32,087 nt of DNA from Planctomycetia bacterium (GCA_031413835.1 JANOFW010000493.1:1-32087); one strand, 5' to 3'; positions 1 to 8,895 are shown, numbered from the stretch's first letter. The notes: a model not told the origin generated them from the sequence alone. Numbers and translations are program-made.

Positions 1-831
1 GGCTCGATCCGCCGCTTCCGTGCGGTTCACGCGAGCGCGCCGATCGTGTTGGCCCTGACCGGCACCGACATCTACGGCGGCCTCGAGCGCTCGGCGCACG
101 CGCGCCGCTCGCTCGAGCTGGCCACGCGCCTCGTGGTGCTCCAGCCGCTGGCGATCCAGGAACTGGCGTCGCGCTTCCGCCCGCTGGCGAGCGTGATCCA
201 CCAGAGCGTGCCCAAGCCCACGAAGAAGCCGCCGCCGGAGACCGGGTGGTTCCAGGTCTGCGTGCTGGGGCACCTGCGGCGCGTGAAGGACCCCTTCCGC
301 GCCGCCAAGGCCGCGCGCCGGCTGCCGGCCTCGAGCACCCTGCGCGTGCTGCACGCCGGCCGCGCCATGAGCGAGTCGATGGCCGTGCGCGCGCGCGACG
401 AGATGCGCGTCAACCCCCGCTACCGCTGGTTGGGCGACCTGGCCCACGACGACGCCCAGCACCTGCTGGCCCGCAGCCGCCTGATGGTGCTCTCGAGCCG
501 CGCCGAAGGCGGCGCCAACGTGATCTCCGAGGCGCTCGCCCACGGCGTGCCCGTGCTGGCCTCGCGCATCCCCGGCACGGTGGGCCTGCTGGGCGAGGAC
601 TACCCCGGCTACTTCGAGGCCGGCAACACGCGCGCGCTGGCCGCGCTGCTCGACAAGGCCGAGACCGAGCCTGCCTTCTTCGAAGCGCTCGAGGCCGCCT
701 GCGCCCGACGCGCCTATCTCGTGAGCCCCATCCGCGAACGCGCCGCCTGGCGCAAGCTGATCGCGGGATTGGCTCCCAAGCGACGGGCGGCTCGCTGGGC
801 TGGGGGCGCTCAGGCCCCCGCGTCGTCCTGA
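1..831 (+). CDS. Glycosyltransferase, GT-B fold / family 1, C-terminal part (5' end lies upstream of the window)
   Basis: Frame 1 is open from base 1, so the listed start at 46 is only an internal GTG. SSRAEGGANVISEALAHGVPVLASRIPGTVGLLGEDYPGYF matches the classic GT1 sugar-nucleotide-binding C-terminal region. From memory it resembles the TIGR04348/SenB-type subfamily, which I cannot verify. The last 44 nt, including the stop codon, lie inside the 117-bp repeat. Confidence 0.8.
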   Translation, partial: GSIRRFRAVHASAPIVLALTGTDIYGGLERSAHARRSLELATRLVVLQPLAIQELASRFRPLASVIHQSVPKPTKKPPPETGWFQVCVLGHLRRVKDPFRAAKAARRLPASSTLRVLHAGRAMSESMAVRARDEMRVNPRYRWLGDLAHDDAQHLLARSRLMVLSSRAEGGANVISEALAHGVPVLASRIPGTVGLLGEDYPGYFEAGNTRALAALLDKAETEPAFFEALEAACARRAYLVSPIRERAAWRKLIAGLAPKRRAARWAGGAQAPASS

Positions 832-904
832 TGTAGGAAGACTCGTGTAGCCAGGCTGCATGTCGTCCTCCGCGGCGGCCCTCCGCTCCCCATCCAGCGA
901 GCCG
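788..904. repeat. 117-bp structured repeat element, copy A
   Basis: Ungapped alignment to 27345-27461 gives 111/117 identities in the same orientation. The termini form an 11-bp inverted repeat (cggcTcgctgg / ccagcgAgccg). Further nested pairing follows: GGGG/CCCC, GCG/CGC, GGCC/GGCC and CCGCG/CGCGG. Confidence 0.9.
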
Positions 905-909
905 GTGGC

Positions 910-1185
910 TCAGAACGATGTGAAGACCGCCCACGCGCAGCCGGCGACGAGGGCGAGGAGCACCGGCAGCGCGGCTGGCGAGCGAGCGAGGGACAGGAGC
1001 CAACGGGGGGCCGGGGGGGCGGGGTCGCCCGGGTGTAGTTGCGCGAGGCGGCTGCGCAGCACCCACACGCGCAGCGCGACCCACGTGAGGGCGAGACCGG
1101 CGAGAATCCACGGCAACACGCCCGGCGGCAGGCCAGGCATGTTCTCGAGATCGACCGCCAGGAGCGGAGCGAGAAAGGTGTGCAT
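910..1185 (-). CDS. Small hypothetical membrane protein (91 aa, two predicted TM helices)
   Basis: ATG at 1185 is preceded by AAGGAG with an 8-nt spacer (ggaAAGGAGcggacgccATG). There are two hydrophobic stretches (LPWILAGLALTWVALRVWVL and LPVLLALVAGCAWAVF). GC3-rich codon usage. It lies 50 nt downstream of the SOD gene on the same strand. Confidence 0.55.
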   Translation of the reverse strand: MHTFLAPLLAVDLENMPGLPPGVLPWILAGLALTWVALRVWVLRSRLAQLHPGDPAPPAPRWLLSLARSPAALPVLLALVAGCAWAVFTSF

Positions 1186-1208
1186 GGCGTCCGCTCCTTT
1201 CCCTATGT

Positions 1209-1234
1209 GCGAAGAACCCGGCTAGGCCTTCGGC

Positions 1235-1252
<18 letters not shown>
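1209..1252 (-). terminator. Strong hairpin overlapping the SOD stop codon (terminator/attenuator or mRNA stabiliser)
   Basis: gcgaagaacccggctaggcc-ttc-ggcctagccgaggttcttcgc forms a ~20-bp stem with one bulged base and a 3-nt loop. There is no U-tract afterwards. It sits between the SOD stop (1235-1237) and the SD of the 91-aa ORF. Confidence 0.5.
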
Positions 1253-1945
<693 letters not shown>

Positions 1946-2089
1946 GGCAGCCTCGCAAGTGGGACCGCTCGAAGGCTAGCCGCGATTCGGGCCATGTGCG
2001 CGGAACCCAGCCCCCGCCGGCGTGGTTCTCGATTGCCCGCTGACAAGCGCCAGCAGCGGCGCGCTGCGCGTCCCGTCGCCCGCTGAGTT

Positions 2090-2308
2090 CTAGACCGACT
2101 CCCACGATTCGCGGCTCACACCGGCCTGGCGGAGTACTCGAGCGAGGAGCCCGATGCCGATGTCGCCGCCGTGTGGGTTCGGGATCGTGACGACCACCTC
2201 GTTGCGAACCATGAACTGGTGGCGCCCCCCTGACAGTGGCCCATCGAAGCCGAGGTCTCGCAAGGCGCGGACGAGCTTGCGGCGCGGAGTCGGCGCCCAG
2301 GGAGGCAT
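2090..2308 (-). CDS. hicA: Type II toxin HicA family (mRNA interferase)
   Basis: RKLVRALRDLGFDGPLSGGRHQFMVRNEVVVTIPNPHGGDIGIGLLARVLRQAGV matches the HicA/YcfA pattern. I chose the internal ATG at 2308 because it overlaps the hicB stop (ATGA). The longer ORF to 2389 would overlap hicB. Confidence 0.8.
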   Translation of the reverse strand: MPPWAPTPRRKLVRALRDLGFDGPLSGGRHQFMVRNEVVVTIPNPHGGDIGIGLLARVLRQAGVSRESWESV

Positions 2309-2547
2309 CAGGAGGCCGTCTTGACCACCACGGTGATGTCGCCCAACGCCGGCACGGAGAGGCCGCGGGCGACCCGCACCAGGACCCACTCCTCCACGAC
2401 CTCGGCCAGCGTCGCCCTGCAGGCCTCCAGGGTTGGCCCGGTTCCAAGGACTCCCTGCAGCCCGGGCACCTCGGCCGCGTAGGTGCCATCTTCCAGCTTC
2501 TCGTACCTAGCGCGAGCCAGGGCCTGTTGCACGTAGGCGAGGATCAT
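2308..2547 (-). CDS. hicB: Type II antitoxin HicB family (short form, 79 aa, no obvious DNA-binding tail)
   Basis: YEKLEDGTYAAEVPGLQGVLGTGPTLEACRATLAEVVEEWV matches the HicB/UPF0150 N-terminal domain. ATG at 2547 has GGAG 5 nt upstream. Its stop overlaps the hicA start. Confidence 0.75.
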   Translation of the reverse strand: MILAYVQQALARARYEKLEDGTYAAEVPGLQGVLGTGPTLEACRATLAEVVEEWVLVRVARGLSVPALGDITVVVKTAS

Positions 2548-2590
2548 GGTGGCTCCGCAGGGCGATGCCTTGAGTGTACTGTCCCGACGG

Positions 2591-2625
2591 CTCGGCGCTC
2601 GGCGCTCGGCGCTCAGCGCTCCGGG
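2591..2625. repeat. Tandem heptamer repeat (ctcggcg x3, ctcagcg, ctccggg)
   Basis: Read directly from the sequence. It spans the stop codon (2613-2615) of the MFS/spermidine-synthase-like gene and the region upstream of hicB. Confidence 0.6.
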
Positions 2626-5075
2626 CTGCGCGCCAGGGGCGCGAGCAGCGCCTCGACGGGGGCGTAGGCGTCGGTGAGGAGAGGGGCCTGTGTGCGAGCC
2701 TGGAGGGCGTCGAGGTCGGCGGTGGGGTAGCGCACGACGGGGAGGGGGCGCTCGAAGTCGTCGAGGAGGGTGTCGAGGGGCACGGGGGCGTCGGAGGCCA
2801 CCAGCAGGAACGTGTCGCGCTGCTCGTCCTCGCGGGGGGCGAGGGAGAGGACTTCGACGTGGGTGAAGACGCTCGCCAGCGTGCGGTGCATGGCGCTCAG
2901 GAACGCGCCGTGCTGGAAGGCGTCCACCACGTTCACGAGGTAGACGCCGCCAGGGAGCAGGCGGGCCCGGACCTCGCGGGCGAACTCCTGGGTGGTGAGG
3001 TGGAAGGGCACGGAGAAGTCGTTGAAGGCGTCGCCGAAGACGACGTGGAAGCGATCGCCCTCGGCGAGCCCCGGTAGCGCAAGGCGCGCGTCCTGGTGCA
3101 GCACGCGGTGGCGCGGGTCCTGGCTCAGCCCGAGCCAGTCCTGGGCGGCCCGGGTCACCTCGGGGTCGATTTCGGCCGTCACCAAACGGGCTTCGGGGTC
3201 GAGGGCCAGGAGGCGGCGTTGGAAGGTGTAGGGGCCACCGCCGACGAAGAAGGCGCGCTGGCCGGTGGCGGGCGCCACCTGGCGCCAGACGGCGGCGGCC
3301 ACCAGCTCGTAGTCGTAGCCCACCCAGGTGGGGTCGGAGAGGTCGGCGAAGCCGTGGGTGAGCTTGTCCAGGCCCATCTGGCGCACGACGTGATGCGTGC
3401 GCTTGGCCAGGGCGCCGAGCGCGGCGCCGTCGCGTTCGTCGCTCAGGTGCTTGAGCAGCCCGGCGTACTGCTCGGAGGTCATGGGTGCGCCGGTCCAGTA
3501 GAGGCGCGAGCGCGCGGGCGCGAAGCGCGCCTGCCGGCGCAGGAGCGGATCGGCGTCGAGCGCGGCCGGATCGACGGGCGAGGCCAGCAGGCACCAGCGC
3601 GTGGGCTCGGGTTCGACGCGGATGCGGTAGTAGGCGCTCTCGCGCACGTGCACCTGGGGCGCGTCCTCGCGCAGCCGGAACACGCGGCCGAAACCAGCGA
3701 GGGTGTCGCGCAGGCCGCTGGTGTCGTCGTCGTCGGCCGGCACGAGCGCGAGCACGGCCAGCAGCGTCAGCACGCCGCGTAGCGGCAGCAGGGTCCGCGT
3801 GCGCGTCAGCCGGTCGGCGGTCCAGGCCAGCCAGAAGGTCAGCATCAGGATCAGGGTCGTGACGCCCAGCAGCGGCAGCAGAACGAAGGGGCAGAGCAGC
3901 GCGCCGAGCACCGCGCCCAAGGTGCCCGCCGCCTGCATTGCACCGACGTTGCGCCCGTGGCGCGCGGGATCGGAGAGCGCCGCACGGGCGAGCGCCGGTC
4001 CCAGCGCGCCGAGCGCCACGGCGGCGGGCAGGAAGCCCACCCCCACGGCCAGCAGGCTCTGGGCCGCCCAGGGAAGCGCGGGCAGCAGCACCCGCGGCAT
4101 GACCAACGGGGTCCAGATGCAGATGCCCACGCCGAGCACGGCCCAGACGAAGAGCGCTGCCAGCGCGCGGCGTGGCGGGTGCCGCTCTGCGTAGCGCCCG
4201 CCGAGCCAGGCTCCGAGGGCTGCGCCCGTGAGCATCACGCCCAGCACTGCCGTCCAGGTGTAGATGCTGTTGCCCAGGCCCAGCACGGCGATGCGACCCG
4301 CCGCCAGCTCGAGCGCCAGGAAGACGGCGCCCGAGAAGGCCGAGAGCCAGAGGAGCGCGCGCGGGGAGATGGACTCCGCTTGCGAGGCCGGCGCAGCGCG
4401 CTCCATTACGGATGCAGGGGGCAGGGGGGCGGTCGCGCTGTGGCCGGCGTGGGGTGACGTGCGCAGCGACCGCAGCAACAGCAGCCCTGGCAGGCCCACC
4501 AGCAACGCCGCGGTCACGAGCACGGTGGGCGTCGAGAGGCCGGGCACCAGCAGGTAGCCCGCCGCGAACACGCCTAGCGCGGCGCCCAGCGAGCCGGCGG
4601 CGGAGAGGCGACCGAGGACGAGGCCGGGAGCGATGCCGCGGCTCAGGCCCGCTTGGGCCGCCAGCGGCGGAAGGGTGCCGAGCAGCACCGCGGGGAGGAA
4701 GAAGCACAGGGGCGTGAAGAACAGGGCGCGCCAAGCGGGGGAGAGAGTGCTGTCGGCCAGCAGGGGCTCCAAGGCCGCGTGCAGACTGCTCGCCACGAGC
4801 AGCGTCACGGCCGACAGGCTGGCGAGCAGGGGCAGCAGACGCGCGCCGTAGCGGTCGGCCAGGCGACCGCCGAGGGCGTTGCCCAGGGCGAGTCCACCCA
4901 GGAAGGTGGCGATCGACGCGGCCCAGGCGTGGATGCTCGTGCCCACGCTGCGCGCCAAGAGCCGCGGCGCGGCGATCTCGGCCACGAGCACCGCGGCCGA
5001 GGCCAGGAAGACCAACGCGGCCAGTCCCAGGAGTCGCCCCCCGCGCCCCCCGGGACTCTCGTGGGCCTGGCTCAC
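2613..5075 (-). CDS. Fused MFS-like polytopic membrane domain / spermidine synthase-like (class I SAM-fold) protein, ~820 aa
   Basis: The N-terminal ~480 aa carry many hydrophobic helices. The C-terminal part (FFVGGGPYTFQRRLL...VTAEIDPEVT...VVFGDAFNDFSVPFHLTTQEFAREVRARLLPGGVYLVNV) looks like a spermidine-synthase/aminopropyltransferase fold. I chose the GTG start at 5075 because it overlaps the stop of the upstream gene (GTGA). The ORF extension to 5456 overlaps that gene and is Arg/Gly/Pro-rich. Confidence 0.8.
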   Translation of the reverse strand: MSQAHESPGGRGGRLLGLAALVFLASAAVLVAEIAAPRLLARSVGTSIHAWAASIATFLGGLALGNALGGRLADRYGARLLPLLASLSAVTLLVASSLHAALEPLLADSTLSPAWRALFFTPLCFFLPAVLLGTLPPLAAQAGLSRGIAPGLVLGRLSAAGSLGAALGVFAAGYLLVPGLSTPTVLVTAALLVGLPGLLLLRSLRTSPHAGHSATAPLPPASVMERAAPASQAESISPRALLWLSAFSGAVFLALELAAGRIAVLGLGNSIYTWTAVLGVMLTGAALGAWLGGRYAERHPPRRALAALFVWAVLGVGICIWTPLVMPRVLLPALPWAAQSLLAVGVGFLPAAVALGALGPALARAALSDPARHGRNVGAMQAAGTLGAVLGALLCPFVLLPLLGVTTLILMLTFWLAWTADRLTRTRTLLPLRGVLTLLAVLALVPADDDDTSGLRDTLAGFGRVFRLREDAPQVHVRESAYYRIRVEPEPTRWCLLASPVDPAALDADPLLRRQARFAPARSRLYWTGAPMTSEQYAGLLKHLSDERDGAALGALAKRTHHVVRQMGLDKLTHGFADLSDPTWVGYDYELVAAAVWRQVAPATGQRAFFVGGGPYTFQRRLLALDPEARLVTAEIDPEVTRAAQDWLGLSQDPRHRVLHQDARLALPGLAEGDRFHVVFGDAFNDFSVPFHLTTQEFAREVRARLLPGGVYLVNVVDAFQHGAFLSAMHRTLASVFTHVEVLSLAPREDEQRDTFLLVASDAPVPLDTLLDDFERPLPVVRYPTADLDALQARTQAPLLTDAYAPVEALLAPLARSPER

Positions 5076-6820
5076 GGCGCGCTCACGCGCGCCTCGGCGA
5101 CCTGGCCCGCCACAAGCGTGAACTCGACCGCCAGCGTAGGGCCGTCGCCGGCTCCCGCCCGATGGACCGTGGCGCGGTAGGAACCAGGGCGCAGCGCGGC
5201 GCGCGTTTGATAGACCGGAAGCGAGCCCTCGCGCGCCAGCGGGAGCAGGCCCTCGGCGGCTCCGTAGGGCGACTGTCCGGCCGAGATCCGCAGCACCAGG
5301 GCTCCGCGCGCGTGCTCTGCCCACGTACCCGCCAGCACCAGCCGCACGCGGCCGCCCTTGACCGGGGCGAGGCGGACTTCGGTCGTGGCGCCGGCGGCTA
5401 CCTCGGCCACGAACAGCTCGTCGGCCAGCGTGGGGTCGCGCCAGGAGGCCGAGCAAAGCGCGCGGCCCACGGGCAGGTAGAGGAACTCGGCCTGGGTGGC
5501 GAGGCGCGGCAGCAGGGTGCGCGTGCGGTCGGGGGCCACGCGCACCTCCCCGCCGGGTTCGGGCACGGGATCGGCGAGGACCTTGAGCGTGCCGTGCGGC
5601 AGGTCGGTGAGGGTCAGCTCGGCGGGGACGGCACCCTCCGTGGGGACGAGCACCTGAACCTCGCCGGAGCGCGCGGGGCCCGCGTCGCTGGCGCGCGTGG
5701 CCATGATCACGCGGTAGACCCCGGCGGCGGGCGCGGCGATCGCCAGACCGCGCTCGAGCGCCACCGCGCCGCCCTCCTCCAGCAGATCGTCGCCGCCGCT
5801 CACGGCGAAGAGCGAGACGCGCGGGCTTGGTTTGAGCTGCACGAGGCTCGTCGGCGAGAGCTCGATCCAGGGACGGGGCGTGGCCTCGATGCGCACCTCG
5901 CCGTCGCCGGCCGCGGCGCCCGCGGGCAACAGCACGTTCGCGAAGGGGAGCACCGCGCTCAGCTCGAAGCGCCCCCTGCCGGCGTACTCGACGGCGAAGG
6001 CGCCGTCGGCCGCCACGACCACGGCCGGGCGATCGATCGCGGGGCGACCCTCCTCCCGCAGCTCACGCACCTCGATCCGCCCGTGCAGCGAGGGAACCCA
6101 GGCCCCGTCGGGCAGCCGCACGCGGCCGCGGATGGGCAGCGCCGGCTCGGGCCCCAACGAACGCTCGAGCAGCTGGCCCAGGCCGGGGGCGGGCAGCTCG
6201 AGGCGCACCTGCGCCACGCCGCGGTCGCCCTCCAGGGTCACCCACAGGGCAGGTGCGCCCGCGAAGACGGCGTAGGTGGCCGCCTCGCCGGCGCGGATCA
6301 CGTCGAGGCCCTCGGTCAGGCGCCAACGTTCTTCGGCGCCGTCGGGGTCCACCGTCGCGCGCGCGCCGGGGAAGCCGCTGGGCGCCACGCCCAGCCGCAG
6401 CAGGCCGCAGGGCTCGAGCGGGATCACGCAGGCGTAGGCGCCGGGGCCTGCCTCGGTCACGACCGGTCGGCGACCGCGCCGCGCGGCATGGAAGGGGGCG
6501 CGCGCTTCGAAGGCGTCGCTCAGGGCCTCCAGCGGGTCGGGGAGACCGGCCCGGGTGCGCGGGTCGAGGACGACGACTTCGCCGTTCTGGTCGAGGTTGA
6601 GCCAGGTGCCGCCGTAGCGCGTGCGCGCCTGGGCCCGGCTCAGGGCGCGCCCCATCTCGTCCACGACGCGCACCCGCACGCGCATGTAGGGCTCGCCTGT
6701 CTCGCGGTTGAGCGCGGTGAAGGCCCAGAAGCCGGCCGCGCCCAGGAACATGAGGCCGATGAGCAGCCGTGCGCCGCGGCCGGGAGCGCGCGAGCCGGGG
6801 GAGGCGGGCGGGGCGGGCAC
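5072..6820 (-). CDS. Hypothetical membrane-anchored protein (582 aa), probably repeated beta-sandwich domains
   Basis: N-terminal TM anchor LLIGLMFLGAAGFWAFTAL. It has several segments of the carboxypeptidase-regulatory-like type (VRVRVVDEMGRAL, RGRVRLPDGAWV). GTG start lies 9 nt after the upstream stop. GC3-rich coding frame. I recognised no catalytic motif. Confidence 0.65.
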   Translation of the reverse strand: MPAPPASPGSRAPGRGARLLIGLMFLGAAGFWAFTALNRETGEPYMRVRVRVVDEMGRALSRAQARTRYGGTWLNLDQNGEVVVLDPRTRAGLPDPLEALSDAFEARAPFHAARRGRRPVVTEAGPGAYACVIPLEPCGLLRLGVAPSGFPGARATVDPDGAEERWRLTEGLDVIRAGEAATYAVFAGAPALWVTLEGDRGVAQVRLELPAPGLGQLLERSLGPEPALPIRGRVRLPDGAWVPSLHGRIEVRELREEGRPAIDRPAVVVAADGAFAVEYAGRGRFELSAVLPFANVLLPAGAAAGDGEVRIEATPRPWIELSPTSLVQLKPSPRVSLFAVSGGDDLLEEGGAVALERGLAIAAPAAGVYRVIMATRASDAGPARSGEVQVLVPTEGAVPAELTLTDLPHGTLKVLADPVPEPGGEVRVAPDRTRTLLPRLATQAEFLYLPVGRALCSASWRDPTLADELFVAEVAAGATTEVRLAPVKGGRVRLVLAGTWAEHARGALVLRISAGQSPYGAAEGLLPLAREGSLPVYQTRAALRPGSYRATVHRAGAGDGPTLAVEFTLVAGQVAEARVSAP

Positions 6821-6829
6821 GGCGCGAGC

Positions 6830-8140
6830 CTACCCGAGCGAGCGGTCGTAGCCTCGCGCCAGGTCCTCGGCCTGCCGCCCCCCCAGGAGGAAGCGAGCCA
6901 GCTGGCCCAGGTTGCCGATCGAGACCCGCGCCAACCCGTGGCGCTTCCAGCGCCGGCCGTCGAGCGTGAGCCGGCCTCCCAGGCAGGCCGGGCTCGCATG
7001 CGCCGCCAGGCGCCGGGCGAGCAGCACGTCCTCCATGAGCGGCACGTCCGCGTAGCCGCCCACGCGCTCGTAGAGCGAGCGCTTGATCAGCACCCCCTGA
7101 TCGCCGTAGGGCAGCTTGAGCCAGCGCGCGCGGATCTCGGTCAGCACGGCCAGCACGCCGTAGAGGGCCCCCGGTACGCCGACCCGCGTGTGCACGAAGG
7201 CCCATGGATGCGTGCCGCGGCGCGCATGGGCCAACACCCGCTCCAAGGTGCCGTCTTCTACGTCGGCGTCGGCGTGCAGCGTCCACAGCCAGCGTCCGCG
7301 TGCGGCCTCGGCCGCCGCGCGCAGCTGGGTGCCGCGCCCGCGACGCGTTGTGAGCACGCGCAGCCCCAGCGCGCGGGCGGCCTGGAGGCTGCCGTCGCTC
7401 GAGCCGCCGTCGGCCACGATGAGCTCGACGTCGCTCCCGTGGAGTGCCGCCGCGCGTGCCAGCGGGCCCAGCCGCTGCGGCAGACGCGGCATCTCGTCGA
7501 GCACGGGCACCAGCACGCTGAGCGTGGGCAGCACCCCCTCCAGATCGGAGGCGGTGTCCACGTCCCGTAGGCCTGGAAGCTCGGCCAAGGTGAGTCCGGC
7601 CGCCCGCGCCGCCGCCCGCGTGCGCGCGGCCACCTCGGGCGTGCTCCAGGGGATGTCGCGCAACAGGGCCGGGACCGGGCCCTTGAGCGCCAGCAGGCCG
7701 TAGCCGCCATCGGGCGTGGGCGCCAGCACCACGTCGGCGTGCCGGAGGGCCGCGAACGCTTCGGCGAGCCGCTCCGGCGTCAGGCCCACGACGTCCGTTC
7801 CCACCGCCGCGACGGCCGAAGCCCCGGCGGCGAAGGCGCGTTCGAACGAACGCTCCAGGCGCGCGCCCAGGTCGCCTTCGCCCTGGGCCCAGACGGCGTG
7901 CGCCCCGGGCAGCCAGGCAGCCACGGCGCGCGCCTCGGGCCCGTCCTCGGGCCCATCCGCCACGCACAGGATCACATCGAGCGTGCCGCCCCGCTGCGCT
8001 CCGCTCAGGGCCGCGTGCACGTCCTGGGCCAGCAGCCGGTAGATGCGCAATGCCTCGTGCTCGCCCTCCGAGGCGGCCAGTCGCCGCTTGACGCGGCCCA
8101 GGACCGGCGCGCGCGCGAACTCGAGCACGACCGGACGCAC
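6830..8140 (-). CDS. Fused DUF2064-type (TIGR04282-like) / family-2 glycosyltransferase (TIGR04283-like) protein
   Basis: N-terminal half: EFARAPVLGRVKRRL ... LRDVDTASDL (DUF2064 pattern). C-terminal half: LSVLVPVLDE...IVADGGSSDGS...RGRGTQLRAAA...LHADADV...LPYGDQGVLIKRSLYERVGGYADVPLMEDV (GT2 pattern). Both halves share one frame with no stop between them. The GTG start at 8140 is tentative (no ATG available, 2 nt after the upstream stop). Confidence 0.75.
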   Translation of the reverse strand: MRPVVLEFARAPVLGRVKRRLAASEGEHEALRIYRLLAQDVHAALSGAQRGGTLDVILCVADGPEDGPEARAVAAWLPGAHAVWAQGEGDLGARLERSFERAFAAGASAVAAVGTDVVGLTPERLAEAFAALRHADVVLAPTPDGGYGLLALKGPVPALLRDIPWSTPEVAARTRAAARAAGLTLAELPGLRDVDTASDLEGVLPTLSVLVPVLDEMPRLPQRLGPLARAAALHGSDVELIVADGGSSDGSLQAARALGLRVLTTRRGRGTQLRAAAEAARGRWLWTLHADADVEDGTLERVLAHARRGTHPWAFVHTRVGVPGALYGVLAVLTEIRARWLKLPYGDQGVLIKRSLYERVGGYADVPLMEDVLLARRLAAHASPACLGGRLTLDGRRWKRHGLARVSIGNLGQLARFLLGGRQAEDLARGYDRSLG

Positions 8141-8142
8141 GG

Positions 8143-8895
8143 CTAGCGGAAGAGACGGACGTAGGCGAGGCCCAGGTCCATGGCGATCCGGCCGAGCGGC
8201 AGCAGGATCACCGCGCCGAAGAGCGCCGCCAGGAACCAGGGCTGGGCCTCCGGCAGGTAGCGCAGCCGGTCGAAGCGCGGCGAGAAGTCGCCCACGATGG
8301 CCGCGCCGTCCAGCGGCGGGATGGGCAGCATGTTGAAGAGGAACAGGATCAGGTTCAGGCCGCCGAGGATGGACAGGAAGCGGAAGAGGTTGTTGGAGGC
8401 CATCGACTCCGGCGATGCCTGGCGCAGGAGCAGCGCCAGCGCGGTGAGCGCGATGAACGCCAGCAGCAGGTTCACGAGCGGGCCGGCGAAGGCGACGTAG
8501 GCCCGGCCGTGGCGGCCGCGGAAGGCGCTCGGGTTGGTGGGCGTCACGCCCCAGGCGAGCCCGATCAACGCCGCCATGAGCAGGCTGGAGAGTCCCATGT
8601 GCACCATCGGGTCCAGCGTGACGCGCCCCATGAGGCGCGGCGTGTCGTCGCCCTGGCGCAGCGCGGCGAACACGTGCCCCAGCTCGTGGAGCGTCACGCT
8701 CAGCACCACCGAGGCCAGCCAGGAGACGTAGTAGACCGGGTCGGTGGTGAGGTACTGGATGAACACGCCGCGACTCGCTTCCTCTGGGGGCAGGGCCTCG
8801 GGGATCAGGGCCTCGGGGGCCCGGGATTCTCGCAGGGGGGCGGGGGGGGCGGAAGCGGCGCGCCGACGAAAGCGCCCCCGACAACGGGAGGTCAT
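8143..8895 (-). CDS. Site-2 protease family (peptidase M50) membrane metalloprotease
   Basis: HELGH zinc motif inside a TM segment and NMLPIPPLDG (LDG motif), with multiple TM helices. The start is uncertain: ATG 8895 has a C-rich, SD-less leader, and an internal GTG near 8767 is an alternative. Confidence 0.8.
   Translation of the reverse strand: MTSRCRGRFRRRAASAPPAPLRESRAPEALIPEALPPEEASRGVFIQYLTTDPVYYVSWLASVVLSVTLHELGHVFAALRQGDDTPRLMGRVTLDPMVHMGLSSLLMAALIGLAWGVTPTNPSAFRGRHGRAYVAFAGPLVNLLLAFIALTALALLLRQASPESMASNNLFRFLSILGGLNLILFLFNMLPIPPLDGAAIVGDFSPRFDRLRYLPEAQPWFLAALFGAVILLPLGRIAMDLGLAYVRLFR

Noticed and set aside
1946-2089. Intergenic spacers longer than 120 nt (1946-2089, 10108-10254, 15185-15299, 24348-24476, 26223-26363, 28801-29095) scanned for tRNA, riboswitch or other known RNA genes.
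   Set aside because: I could find no T-loop (GGTTCGAATCC-like) with an acceptor-stem arrangement, and no riboswitch core I recognise. These are probably just promoter and leader regions. A covariance-model search would be needed for certainty.
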